DNA of 64,000 nucleotides from Felis catus (lineage: Eukaryota): contig NC_058368.1 of NCBI RefSeq assembly GCF_018350175.1, positions 30,754,001-30,818,000 on the forward strand. The letters are read 5' to 3'. A model generated the notes under the pieces. The model did no database searches, was not told where the DNA came from, and was given only the letters and a program-made list of their open reading frames with translations. This document shows, in pieces, positions 36,373-48,410 of the stretch. Within the stretch, counting starts at the first letter, position 1. The number at the start of each line of letters is the position of its first letter. The position numbers were made by a program, and so were the translations under genes.

Positions 36373-37004
36373 AAAAAAAATTGACCACTTTAACCATTTT
36401 AATGTGCACAGTTAAAGTAGTGTTAATTATATTTACATTGTTGTGAAACAGATCACCAGAACTTTTTCATTGCAAATCTGAAACTCTGTACCTATTAAAC
36501 AACTCCCTTTTTCTGCCTCTCGCCAGATCCTGTAATGACCATTCAGTCTACGTTCTGTTTCTGTGAATTCGACTACTTTAGATACTTCATTGTTAAGTTG
36601 TTTTGTGACTGGCTTATTTCACTTAGCACAATGTACTCAAGATTCACCCATGTTGTTGCAAATGGCAGGATGCCCTTCTTTCTCATGGCTGAATAGTATT
36701 CCATTGTTTGAATATACCAGATTTTGTTCGTCCATTTATCTGCTGATGGATATTTGGTTTGCTTTAGTGTCATAATGATTGTGAATGGTACTCCTGTAAA
36801 CATGGGTATAAAAATATCTCTCAGCAACCCTACTTTCAATCCTTGTGGATATATTTCCAGAAGTGTGATTGCCTGATCATATGTTAGTTCTATTTTTTAT
36901 TTTTAAAGAACTTCCATACTGTTTTTCAGAGGAGTTGTACCATTTCACAATTCTACCAACAGTGCATAAAGGTTCCAATGTTTCTACATCCCTAATACTT
37001 TCTG

Positions 37005-37176
37005 TTTTTTTAATGTTTATTTATTTTTGATAGAGGGAGGGAGGAGGAGCAGAGAGAAGGGGACAGAGGATCAGAAGTGGGCTGTGCACTGATAGCAGTG
37101 AGCCAGATGGAGGGCTCGAACTCACAAACTGTGAGATCATGACTTGAGCTGAAGGTGGAAGTCACCAAGGTGTCCC
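37005..37176 (-). mobile_element. Can-SINE
   Basis: GGGCTCGAACTCACAAACTGTGAGATCATGAC. Confidence 0.9.
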
Positions 37177-39522
37177 TGTTGTTGTTTTTAAATATTAACT
37201 ATCATAATGGGTATAAGGTGATATCTCATTGTGGTTTTGATTTGCCTTTCTCTTATGATTAGTGATGTTAGCATCTAATATGCTTGTTTAGTCATTTATA
37301 TACCATCTTTGGAGAAAATCAAGTCCTTTGTCTGTTTTTAATTGGGTTACTTGATTTCTTTTGTTGTTGTAAGAATTCTTCCTATATTCTGTATTTTGAC
37401 AATTTACATATACGATTTTGCAATGTTTCATTTTACAGGTTGCCTTTCACTCTGTTGAGTGTGTCCTTTGATACACAAATGTTAAGTTTAATATAGTCCC
37501 ATTTGTCCATTTTTGTATCCATTGCCTACGCTTTTGGTGTCCTAGTCAAGAAAGCATTGTCAAGCCCATTGTCATGGAGCTTTTTTCCTATGTTTTCTTC
37601 CAGGAATTTTATAGTTTTAGATCACATATTGAAGTCATTAATCCAGTTTTAGTTAATTTTTGTACATGGCATAAGAGAAAAAACTACCCCATTCGTTTGT
37701 ATGTGAATATCCAGTTTTCCAAATAGTATTTATTGGAAATGATCCTTTCCTCATTGAATGGCCTTGGCACCTTTGTGGAAGATCATTTACCATATATACG
37801 AGGGCTCTGGTATACTTGTATGTCTTTATGCCAGTATCACACTGTTGTTATTACTTTAGTTTTGTGTTATGTTTTGAAATTAGAAAGTGTGAATCTTCCA
37901 ACTTTGTTCTTCCTCAAGATTGTTTGCCTCTTTGGGGTCCTTAGGGTTACATATGAATTTGAGGATGAATTTGTCTATTTCTGCAGAAAGTATCATTGGA
38001 ATTTTGACAGTGATTGCACTGAATTTATACATCACCTTGGGTAGTAAGACCATGTGATCATTAAGTTTTCTAATTTATGAACACTAGATATATTTCCATT
38101 TATTTGTTTCTTCCTTTTCTTTCAGATTTTGTAATTTTCAGCGTACAAATCTTTCTTACCTCCTCGGTTATGTTTATCCCTAAGTATTTTATTCTTCTTT
38201 ATGCTATGCTAAATGGAGTTGTTTCTTAATTTCCTTTTTGGATATTCATTAATAGTATGACTGATTTGTGTGTGTTGGTTTTGTATCATGCAGCTTTGAG
38301 AAATTTGTTTATTCTAACATTTTTTGTGGCATCTTTAGGGTTTTCTATGTTATAAGATGATGTCATCTGTGAACAGAGATAATTTTACTTCTTTCTTTCC
38401 CATTTTGATGCCTTTGTATCTCGACTAATTTCTCTGGCTAGGACTTCTCATTCTATATTGAATGAAAGTGGTAAGGATTTCATCCTTGCTTTGTTCCTGG
38501 TCTTAGAGGGAAAGCTTCCAGTTTTTTCACCATTGAGTTTTTAGCTGTGGGCTTATCATAAATGACCTTTATTATGTTATATTTGTTGTTATTCCTAGCT
38601 TGTAGTTTTATATCCTATATGAGTGTTGAATCTTGTGAAGTGATTTTTCCCCATCAGTTAAGATGATCATTTGGTTTTTGTCCTTTATTCTGTTAGTATA
38701 GTGCATTACATTGATTGGTTTTCCTATAGTGAACCATCTTTCCATTCCAGGAGTAAATTTCACTTGGTTATGGTACATAATCCTTTTAATGTGCTGTTGA
38801 ATTTTATTTGCTAGTATGTTGTTGAGGTATTGCATGGAATCAGGGGTATTGGTTTGTAGTTTTATTCTACTATTTTTGTCTGGCTTTGGTAACATGGTGA
38901 ATGGAGTTGAAAATGTTCCTTTGTCTCAAAATATTTGGAAAGGTTTCAGAAAATTTAGTTTTAATTCTTTACATGTTTGGGAGAGTGGTCCAGTAAAGAC
39001 ATCTGGTCCAGAGTTTTTTTTTTTTTTTTATTGAAAGGTTTTTTAATTATGAATTTAATCTTTTTACTTATTAGTCAGCTTAGAGTTTGTTTCTTTATAA
39101 TTCAATCTTAATAAGCTGTGCTTTTCTAGGAATTTATCTATTTCTAGGTTATCCAACTTGATGACGATTACTCATAGCATTTTCTTATAATCCTTTTAAT
39201 TTCTGTGGCATTGGTTGTAATGTCTCTTTTATTCTGAGTTTATTTAAGTAAAACTCCGTCATTGATTTGTTTCTATTGTTTTTTCTATTCTCTGTTTCAT
39301 TTATTTTTGCTCTCATAGTTATTATTTCCTTCATTCTGCTAACTTTAGATTTAGGTTTTTTTTTTTCTTATTCTAATTTGTTGAGGTACGAAATTATGTT
39401 GTTGATTTGAAATATTTTTTTTTCTTTTTAAATGTACACATTTACATCTATAAACTTCCCTTTCAGTACTACCTTGGCTGAATTCCATAAGTTTTGGTAT
39501 ATTATATTTTAATTTTTGTTTT

Positions 39523-39746
39523 ATTTATTTTTAAAAAATTTTTTTAACGTTTATTTATTTTTGAGACAGAGAGAGACAGAGCATGAATGGGGGAGGGTCA
39601 GAGAGAAGGAGACACAGAATCTGAAACAGGCTCCAGGCTCTGAGCTGTCAGCACAGAGCCCGACGTGGGGCTCGAACTCACGTACCACGAGATCGTGACC
39701 TGAGCCGAAGTCGGACGCTTAGCTGACTGAGCCACCCAGGCACCCC
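39523..39746 (-). mobile_element. Can-SINE
   Basis: TSD TAATTTTTGTTTT at 39510-39522 and 39747-39759. Confidence 0.96.
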
Positions 39747-40680
39747 TAATTTTTGTTTTAAAATATTTTAAGGTTACTTAAAAGTTTATTTACCACCATT
39801 AGCACTAAGACACTGTCTTTAAATGTATATATATACAAACTGTGTCATATATGTTGTATTTGTGGTATAAAAATATGAGTTTGGATAAATTTTTAACTCG
39901 TTAAAAAAAGAATAGAAGTAAAACAGGCATGCACATTCATCAGTGATATACTGTCCTAACGTCTGAGCATGTGGTTAGTCTTCAGTTGGTCTGAGACTTT
40001 TTGTTTGGCTATGATACTATCCTTATGACTTCTTCCTTGACCCATTCATTGTGGAAGAGTGTGTTGTTTAATTTATACATATTTGTGGATTTTCCATTTT
40101 CTTTGTGTTGATTGAAAAAATATCAAGTATATTTTCTGATCATAATGGAATGAAACTAAATCTTTACTTACTTAAGGTTTGGTTTGTAGCCTGACTTATG
40201 GCCTGTCTGAAGAATGTTTCATGTACATTTGAGAAGAATGTATATTCTGCTATTGTTGGGTTAAGTGCTCTTTTTTATATCTGTTAGGCCCATGTGTCTA
40301 CTGTATTGCTTAAGTTCTCTATTTCATTATTGATGTTCTCTCAGATCGCTTCCTCTGGTATTGAACATGAGATATGGCAGCATCGTCCTATTATTGTGTT
40401 ACTATCCTTCCCTTCAGTTCTGTCAATATTTATGTCACATATATATGAACTCTGAGGTTTGGTGAATAAGTATAATTGTTATTTCTTCCTGGTAAATAGG
40501 ACTTTTTATATCTTTTGTAACTGTTTTATTTAAAGTTTAGTTGATAAAAGTAGAGCCACCTGTGCTGTCTTTTGTTTACCATTTGCATGGAAAATCATTT
40601 TCTGTCCTTACTCTCTGCCTATGTAAGTCCTTAGGCATAAAGTGAATCTCTTAGAGACAGCATATAGTTGGATCCTGTTG

Positions 40681-40945
40681 TTTATTTTATTATTTTATTT
40701 TATTTTATTTTATTTTATTTTATTTTATTTTATTTTATTTTATATGTTTAATTTGAGAGTGTGTGCATGTGCACAAGCACGAGTTAGGGAGGGACAGAGA
40801 GATAGAGAAGGAGAGAATCTTAAGCAGATTCTACGCTGTCAGCACAGAGCCTTACATGGAGCTCCATCTCATGAACCATGAGATCATGACATGAGCAGAA
40901 ATCAAGAGCCAGATGCTTAACCAACTGAACCACCCAGGCACCCCC
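40681..40945 (-). mobile_element. Can-SINE with (TTTTA)n microsatellite tail
   Basis: (TTTTA)n at ~40680-40742, SINE body, CCAGGCACCCC end. Confidence 0.93.
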
Positions 40946-41014
40946 TGTTTTTTTTTTTTTATTTTAAATGCAATTGAACGAATCTATATTTTTTGATTGG
41001 TAGTTTAATCCATC

Positions 41015-41198
41015 TTATTTATTTATGTTTATTTGGTGGGGGGAGAGAGAGAAAGAACGTGAGCAGGGAGGGGCAGAGAGAGAGGTGGCAACACAGAATC
41101 TGAAGCAAGCTCCAGACTCTGAGCTGTCAGCAGGGAGCCTGACATGGGGCTCGATTTCATGAACCACAAAATCATGACCTGAGCCACCCAGGCACCCC
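41015..41198 (-). mobile_element. Can-SINE, internally deleted
   Basis: ATGACCTGAGCCACCCAGGCACCCC (deletion between two CTGAGCC copies); flanking TAATCCAT repeat. Confidence 0.9.
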
Positions 41199-41665
41199 TA
41201 ATCCATTCACATTTAAAGTAATTACTGTAGGGAAGAACTATTGTTACCAGTTGGTTGATTTCTGTCTGCTTTATAGTTTTTTGTTGCTCTTTTTTTCTCG
41301 CTCTGCCTCCCTTCCTTAGTGTTTCATTGAATTTCATAGTGATATACTTTGAATTCTTTCTTATTTTGTGTGTAGACTGTAGATGCTTTCCTTATGGTTA
41401 CCATTGCAATTATATAAAACATCTTAAGGTTATAGCATTCTGTTTTAATGTGATAACACTTCTGTTGCAGACCAAACTTCCACTCCTTTATAGCCCCCCT
41501 GACATACTTTATTTTATTGATGTCACAGATTACACCTTTATATACCCTTAACATAGATTTATAGGTTTTTTATTATGTTTTTGTCATTTAAATTTTACAT
41601 ACTAATATTGCAATAGTACAGGCTAGAATATTTGCTCATGTATTTACCTTTACTGGAAAAACAAT

Positions 41666-41873
41666 ATTTTTTTAAGTTTATTTTTATTTAGAGAGGGAGA
41701 GAGAGAGAGCATGCACTCACAAGTGAGGTAAGGGCAGAGAGAGGGGGACAGAGGATCTGAAGAGGGCTCTGCACTGACAACAGAGAGCCCAACATAGGCT
41801 CAAATTCACGAACTGTGAGATTATGACCTGAGCCCAAGTAGACACTTAACAGATTAAGCCACCCAGGTGCCCC
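41666..41873 (-). mobile_element. Can-SINE
   Basis: T tail, GA tract, GCCACCCAGGTGCCC end. Confidence 0.92.
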
Positions 41874-42124
41874 AACTGGAGAACATTATATTTTAGTATG
41901 GCTTTGTGTTGTCTTCTATCATTGGTTCATTTTAATTTGAAGAAATCTCTTTAGCATTTGTTGTAGAAGAGGTCTAGTGAAAATGAACTTCCTCTGCTTT
42001 TGTTTTTCTGAGAAAATATTAATTTCTCCTTCATTTTTGAGAAACAGTTTTTCTGGATACCATATTTTTGGTTGATATTTTTTCTTTCAGCACTTTGGCT
42101 ATATCAACCAACTCCCTTCTAGCC

Positions 42125-42246
42125 TATTTAAGGTCCCTAAGTCTAAATACAATTATATATTGGATATTAGAACTTCATACAATTATATATTGGATATTAG
42201 AACTTCAGAGAATGAATATTGAAGGAACACAATTTAGTTCATAACA
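42125..42246 (-). mobile_element. MLT1 LTR terminal fragment with a 30-bp tandem duplication
   Basis: GAATATTGAAGGAACACAATTTAGTTCATAACA terminus. Confidence 0.55.
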
Positions 42247-43559
42247 AAGAGTTTAAGAGATTATAAAGTTTTTTGTAAATTATAAAGTTAACATCTTTGC
42301 TTTTTTTGAATATATCTAAATTGTTCTGATATTGTCAATCAAATGCAATTATTTATAAATCAAGTATCTTGTAATTTCAAAAGTATGAAGCATTATTTGG
42401 ATTGAGATGGGTGGTAATGACTAAAACCACATACATTATCTGATAATGCTTGCTTGGGGCAGTCACCTTCATATTGGCAATATTCCTAATGAGATAAGTC
42501 TACGTCAGCATTCAATAAACAGGCATTTATTTAGACATACGCTGATAACTAAAAGGTTGCTTTCTAAAGTAAATCATTCCTTATCTGTTCATCATTTAAA
42601 AATGGAAGTGCTTGCTTTTAGTACGGAGGCCAAACACGTTTGGTTATTAAGAGAAATCCTGATGCCTGGAGAACATGCCCAGATACTAGGTGTTATGCAC
42701 AATATACTTGTAAGGTTTATTTTTGTTTGTTATTATCATGAACTCTTAGAGGCCTCTTAGATGATCTCATATAAAAGTTGTGTGGACCCTGCATCTTAGG
42801 TCTTCAAGTCCAAGTATCAGTTAAACTGGACATATGAAGGCGCTAACAATATTCTTACTATAACCTGCCTTGGATGGAGGTTGAGCACAGTGTTTCACTC
42901 ACTTTGCACTACATTTAGCCTTTGCACTTTGTGCAATTAACACATAGGAGGAATGACTAGGATGATGGTGATGATGATGATCTCTTATTATTATATATTG
43001 CTATTGCCCTATGAGGTTCCCTTTTGAATGGCCTTTGTGAATAACCATTGACTCCGTGTGGCTCAGAGAAGTTTGTCCCCTCCACTAATTTGGATGTATC
43101 ATTTCTGGTTGTAGTCACATATTTTTACTCTTTTCTGTTGATGGTTTTTTGAAATTGTCTTTAATTTCATTGCTTGGCTTCACCAGACAATTCGTCAACA
43201 TCTTCTTTTTCATTTAGAAAAATCAGTGAATTTTCATCCCATTGGGCTTTTACTGTCAAATCCTTTATTCAGGACTTACATTCTTTTTTCATAAAATTTT
43301 CATAGTTCATGTGGATCATTTAATATAAAGTATCCAAATGCTATCCTCTAAGATCTTAAAACTTCTAAAAGTTTACGTTTATGTAAAATGTATCAACAAA
43401 CACAACTGAAGATGGATGTGAACATTAGTTGGATATTAGACGAAGGATAATTGGTATATGATGCTGATTGACTAAATTTACTTCTGTGATGTCGCAACTG
43501 AAAGATACACTTCTTTCTGCATAGCACTTTCAACAAATGTAATTAGACAATTGTTATTT

Positions 43560-43705
43560 GTTTAGAAATTTTCTTCTGCACCAGATTATGTGATCAATGA
43601 GGGCAGGGATTTATCTTGATCACTTTTTATCTCTAGCACTTGGGCATCGTGTCTAACACATATTAGGTTCTCAATAAATATATACTAAATAAATGAATAA
43701 AACAT
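43560..43705 (+). mobile_element. L2 3' end
   Basis: TGAGGGCAGGGATTTATCTTGATCAC...TCTCAATAAATA...AATGAATAAA. Confidence 0.75.
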
Positions 43706-43793
43706 CAAGTGAATGAACATAGGGCACAGATTCTATGATTCATGGTTGGAATATAATTCTAAGTTCTTACTACATTCCAGTGGTGGTTCTTCC

Positions 43794-44010
43794 TTTTTTT
43801 TTTTTAATAGATTTATTTATTTTGAGAGAGATAGACATAGAGTGTGAGTGGGAGAGAGGCAGAAAGAGAGGGAGAGAGAATCCCAAGCAGGCTCCAAACT
43901 GTCAGTGTGGAGCTTGACTCGGGGCTTGAATTCTTGAGCTACGAGATCATGACCTTAGCGGACAGCAAGAGCAAGAGTTGGACCCAACCGACTAAGCCAC
44001 CCAGACACCA
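43794..44010 (-). mobile_element. Can-SINE
   Basis: Poly(T), GA tract, AATCCCAAGCAGGCTCC; flanking CTAYATTCCAGTG repeat. Confidence 0.9.
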
Positions 44011-44018
44011 CTATATTC

Positions 44019-44324
44019 CAGTGTTTTTAACTAAAGGTGATTTTGTTCCCCGTGGAACAATTGGCAATATATGGAGACAGTTTTGTCACAACAGGGGCAT
44101 GTGCTACTTGCATCTAGTGGCCGGAAATGTTACCAAACATCCTTCAGTAAACTGGTCAGCCACCCACCTCAAAGAGTAGCAATCTGTCGGGGCACCTGGG
44201 TGGCTCAGTCACTTAAGCATCTGGCTCTTGATTTTGGCTCAGTTCATAATCTCATAGTTTGTGGGATGAAGCCCTGTGTGGAGCTCTGTGCTGACAGCAT
44301 GGAACCAGCTTGGGATCCTCTCTT

Positions 44325-44376
<52 letters not shown>

Positions 44377-44454
44377 TCTCAAAACTAAATACATAAACAT
44401 TAAAAAAAATAAAAAGACTAGCAACCTATCAATAGTGCCAAGGTTGAGAACCTC
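44019..44454 (+). mobile_element. MER20 hAT-Charlie element split by a SINE
   Basis: GGTGATTTTGTTCCCC..TTGGCAATATATGGAGACA..GCATCTAGTGG ... TCAATAGTGCCAAGGTTGAGAA. Confidence 0.85.
44189..44415 (+). mobile_element. Can-SINE
   Basis: GGGGCACCTGGGTGGCTCAG head, (CT)n, A tail. Confidence 0.94.
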
Positions 44455-45173
44455 ATAATGGCCTGATTGGTCAGGCTGCTATATCCATCCAACAATATCT
44501 CTGGCTTATTTCCCTTTCTTTTGCTTATTTCAGGCTATCTTGAATTTTTGCAGAAGCTTGTCCACACTAAGCTTTTAGGGCCTTTACACATGGTCTTCTT
44601 CTGCTTGGAATTTTTTTCTTGTTATCTTTTGAATGGCTATTCATTTTGTTTTTTCAGTTTCAGCTTACCTCACCATCCATGATGTATTTTCTGTCCTAAA
44701 TCCTTGTTTATTTCCTACATAACAGTATTAAATTCTATAATTATATGTGTGTGTATATATATATATATGTATGTATCTGTGTCACTTTCTATTAGACTCC
44801 ATAATCATAAGTAAAGGGACTTTGCATAGCATAATGATATCACATAGTAAGTGCTCAAAATTTTAAGTAGCTGAAATAAGATGGGTGTTATTGGAATATA
44901 GTTGAGATATTGATAAGATATATATACAGTGAATATGGATAGTTACACAAGGCCCAGTAGGCCATGGAATTTATTTCATTTGGAATTTATCCTAAGTGCT
45001 ATAGGAAGCCATTAAATTGTTTTCAAAGTGAAGCAGCCATATTTTAATTAATTAATTGTTTATTTATGTATTTATTTATTTTTTATTTTTTTAATATCAC
45101 TGACTGCTCTGGAGAGAATGAATTAGAATGGGAGAACATAGGAGAAGGATAACCAGTAAAGAAGATATGAGAT

Positions 45174-45390
45174 GGGGCGCCTGGGTGGCGCAATCTGTTA
45201 AGCGTCCGACTTCAGCCAGGTCACGATCTCGCGGTCCGTGAGTTCGAGCCCCGCGTCGGGCTCTAGGCTGATGGCTCAGAGCCTGGAGCCTGTTTCTGAT
45301 TCTGTGTCTCCCTCTCTCTCTGCCCCTCCCCCATTCATGCTCTGTCTGTCTGTCCCAAAAATAAATAAAAATGTTGAAAAAAAATTTAAA
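45174..45390 (+). mobile_element. Young feline Can-SINE (SINEC_Fc-type)
   Basis: TSD AAAGAAGATATGAGA at 45158-45172 and 45391-45405. Confidence 0.96.
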
Positions 45391-45642
45391 AAAGAAGATA
45401 TGAGAATAGTCTACATAGTAATGGTGGCCTGGATTCTTAGTACTAAAAGTGAAAATGGCAAGAAGTGAAGGGATTTTAGATCTATTTGCAAGTAAAAGCA
45501 AGGGCATCCCTATATTGGATACAGGAGATGGAAAATTAGTAAGGATATCATTAAGGATAATTTCTTAGTTTTTAACTTGAGCAAGTGGTAGGAATTGATT
45601 CCAGTTCCTGTTTTGGAGACAGCTACAGAAGAAAAATGGTTA

Positions 45643-45874
45643 ATTTTTGTTTTTGTGTTTTTATTTTCCAGTTTATTTATTTATTTTAAGAGAGAGAGAG
45701 AGAAACAGAGATTGAGATGGGGGGGTGCAGAGAGAGGAGGAGAGAAAGAATCCCAAGCAGGTTCCATATTGTCAGTGCAGGGCCCATACAGGGCTTAATC
45801 CTACAAACTGAGATCATGACCTGAGCCAAAACCAAGAGTCTGGTGCTTAACTGACTGAGCCACTCAGGTGCCCC
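45643..45874 (-). mobile_element. Can-SINE
   Basis: T tail, GA tract, ACTGACTGAGCCACTCAGGTGCCCC end. Confidence 0.93.
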
Positions 45875-45907
45875 AGAAAGAAAATGTTTTAAAGGATAAT
45901 AAATAAG

Positions 45908-46018
45908 GAGCACCTGCTGGTTCAGTAGGAAAACCATGTGACTCTTGATCTTCGAGGCATAAATTCAAACCTATGTTGTGTGTAGAGGTTACTAGAAAAA
46001 AAATAAACTTTAGAAAAA
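45908..46018 (+). mobile_element. Short old tRNA-derived Can-SINE lacking the CT body
   Basis: GGAGCACCTGCTGGTTCAGTAGG...GTGACTCTTGATCTT...TTCAAACCTATGTTG..TGTAGAG then A tail. Confidence 0.75.
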
Positions 46019-46759
46019 GGTATCAGGTTTAAATAAAAAAGATAATAAATAATGTCATTTGAGCCGCATCATGTTGGTGATGCCTTTATAACAATGAAGG
46101 TGAAGTAGCAATTTATTGGATGTCTGGAGTTCAGGGGTGTAGTATCTCTCGATAATTTGAATTTGGTGTTTATCAACATATAGGCTCTGTTAACAACTGA
46201 AGCCTACATGAGACTTTTACAGAACGAGTAAAGTTAGAGAAATGTTATATACCAGAACCAGAATCTGTGACATACTAACATTTAGAAGGGAAGCAAAATA
46301 AGGGCTGCAAGTGTAAAAGACTGAGAAAGAAGTCAATGAAGAGAACAGGAATTTATGGAAATCCACAAAGAAAAGTGTTTCCCCGGGTGAGAGGGTAGCC
46401 ATCTGGGGTGAATGCACAAGGATTGTTAGCACAAAGCAGGATCTTTGGATTGGGTAACACTGGTGAGAATCGGTATTTATGGAATTGTGCTAATGGATGG
46501 GAGTGAAAGCCAAGTGAAGTGGCTTAGTGTTCGAATGGCAGTTAGTGGAGTGGAAAGTAGACTTCTGTAGAGCTCTTTTGAAAATTTTTGTTATGAAGGG
46601 GACTGGCAATTTGGGATAGTAGCTGCAGAGAGCCATGTGAGGTCCTAGGAGAATTTTCTGGACAATTTGAGAGTGTCTTGGAACGCTGATGGAAACATAG
46701 GACAGAGAAAAAGAAACAAGTTGTAAGAGAGAAAATAACAGAATATCCTGGTTATCAAT

Positions 46760-47267
46760 CTGTTGTCTCTCAACTCTAGACCCATTCTGTGAGGCTTGCC
46801 CAGCAAGACTGCAAACACTTTTTCATTTACCTTCTGGTTTTTTACTACGTTGCACCCATTGGAGACACTAGAGGGAGCCTGGAAGTAGGACTAATGGAAG
46901 AAAGGACTTCTTTTGCATTTGTTGTCCCTTTCAGTGCCCTCCCAGCATCACCCGGTTCCAGTGTCTAGCTTCCTACTCTACCTTTATGGTCTCACTGAAC
47001 CCACCTGAGCTGGAGGCCCACAGGGAGCTCATAGCTGAGAAGTGTCCCATCCTCAGCAAGCCAGATTTCACTGCCACAGGGCTTTCGTTCCAGGTTCATG
47101 CAACTCCAGGCTTTGTCCTGTGTTCTTCAGCTGTGGAGAAGCTGCCTCCTGTAATCGTGGCCAAAGTGTTCTCTTTTGGCCTTTCTTTGTTCTTCAGCAT
47201 GAGCGTAACTGATGTACCAGATTAAATGTTCTGTGTTAAGGTAACAAGCATAGTTTTGCTGTTCCTG
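46760..47267 (+). mobile_element. ERVL LTR (LTR33-like)
   Basis: CCCATTGGAGACACTAGAGGGAG; ends ATTAAATGTTCTGTGTT...GTTTTGCTGTTCCTG. Confidence 0.5.
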
Positions 47268-47631
47268 TGGAAGCACTGGCCTTTTTTGGGAAAGGGGGTT
47301 TTGTCACAACCGTGACTGGAAAAAAAGATGGGTACATTTGCAGGATGATACACATGCAGCGGAGTCATCGGCTGCGGGAAAGGGAAATGAAGACGGAGGA
47401 GGGGGTACTCAGAAGCTTAAGAGGGGAAGAGAACGCTCAGATTGGAAGGCCATCGGGAGGACACTAAGAGGTTGCCAGATTGTAGCGAGTGCTCCTGGGT
47501 TTGGGATTATGCTTTTGAAGTGAAACTGATCAAGTCATTGTAACGTTTTCCCCTAGAATGTTCTGTTCACTAGTCCATGGTATGTTGGGACCAAGCCATA
47601 AAGGGCCATAGATACCATGCTATGTCATTTC

Positions 47632-47867
47632 TTTTTTTTTTTTTTTTTTTTTAATTTTTTTTTTCAACGTTTATTTATTTTTGGGACAGAGAGAGACAAA
47701 GCATGAACGGGGGAGGGGCAGAGAGAGAGGGAGACACAGAATTGGAAACAGGCTCCAGGCTCTGAGCCATCAGCCCAGAGCCTGACGCGGGGCTCGAACT
47801 CACGGACCGCGAGATCATGACCTGGCTGAAGTCGGACGCTTAACCGACTGCGCCACCCAGGCGCCCC
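47632..47867 (-). mobile_element. Young feline Can-SINE (SINEC_Fc-type)
   Basis: Perfect 16-bp TSD CATGCTATGTCATTTC at 47616-47631 and 47868-47883; long T tail. Confidence 0.97.
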
Positions 47868-48022
47868 CATGCTATGTCATTTCAAACATATACTCTAAGC
47901 AGTAATCCAGTCACATAGCCCACATAGTACCATTCCCCCACTATTGTTCATAAATCGTTGTATTATGTCCTTATGAACTGTTTAACACCAGGTAGCTACA
48001 GATAAAAGCAATCTCTATGGTA

Positions 48023-48410
48023 TGTGTCTGAGTCAGCTCTAACTGCCATAATAAAATACCATAGACTAAGTGGCTTATGCAAGAGAATTTTTTTTAACAG
48101 TTCTTGAGGCTACAAGTCTAAGATCAAGAGTCCAGCCACTTTGGTTTCTGCTGAGAGTTCTCTTCCTGGCTTATAGAGCACTACCTTCTTGCTATATCCT
48201 TACGTGGCCTTTCTTCAGTGCGATACACAGAAGGAATGAGCTTTCTGATGTTTCTCCTTAGGAGGATATTAATCCTAGTGAATCAGGGCCCACACTTACG
48301 AGTTTAGTTAACCTGAATTACCTTTTTAGAAGCCTTATCTCTGAATATAGCCACCCTGGGGCTAAGGGTTCCATTTGTGAATTTTGAGGGGACACATTGA
48401 GTTCATAACA
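48023..48410 (-). mobile_element. MaLR solo LTR (MLT1A-like)
   Basis: CTGCCATAATAAAATACCATAGACTAAGTGGCTTA ... GAATTTTGAGGGGACACATTGAGTTCATAACA. Confidence 0.88.

Larger units (their letters stand above)
36121..42130 (-). mobile_element. Long L1 (L1MB/L1MA-like, ~6 kb: 3' UTR, ORF2 and upstream), degraded, with six SINE insertions
   Basis: 3' end CTTTAACCATTTTAA..GTGCACAGTT; ORF2 RT-like translation at 38608-38895 (ILANKIQQHIKRIMYHNQVKFTPGMERWF). Confidence 0.9.
44460..47570. mobile_element. L2 fragments (plus ~44460-44880, minus thereafter) hosting SINEs and an LTR
   Basis: CACATAGTAAGTGCTCAA; GGAAGCCATTAAA; TTGAGCAAGTGG; GTCTGGAGTTCAGGG. Confidence 0.55.

Noticed and set aside
45908..45995. 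tRNA-like sequence
   Set aside because: Degenerate A/B boxes followed by an A tail: an old tRNA-derived SINE, not a tRNA gene
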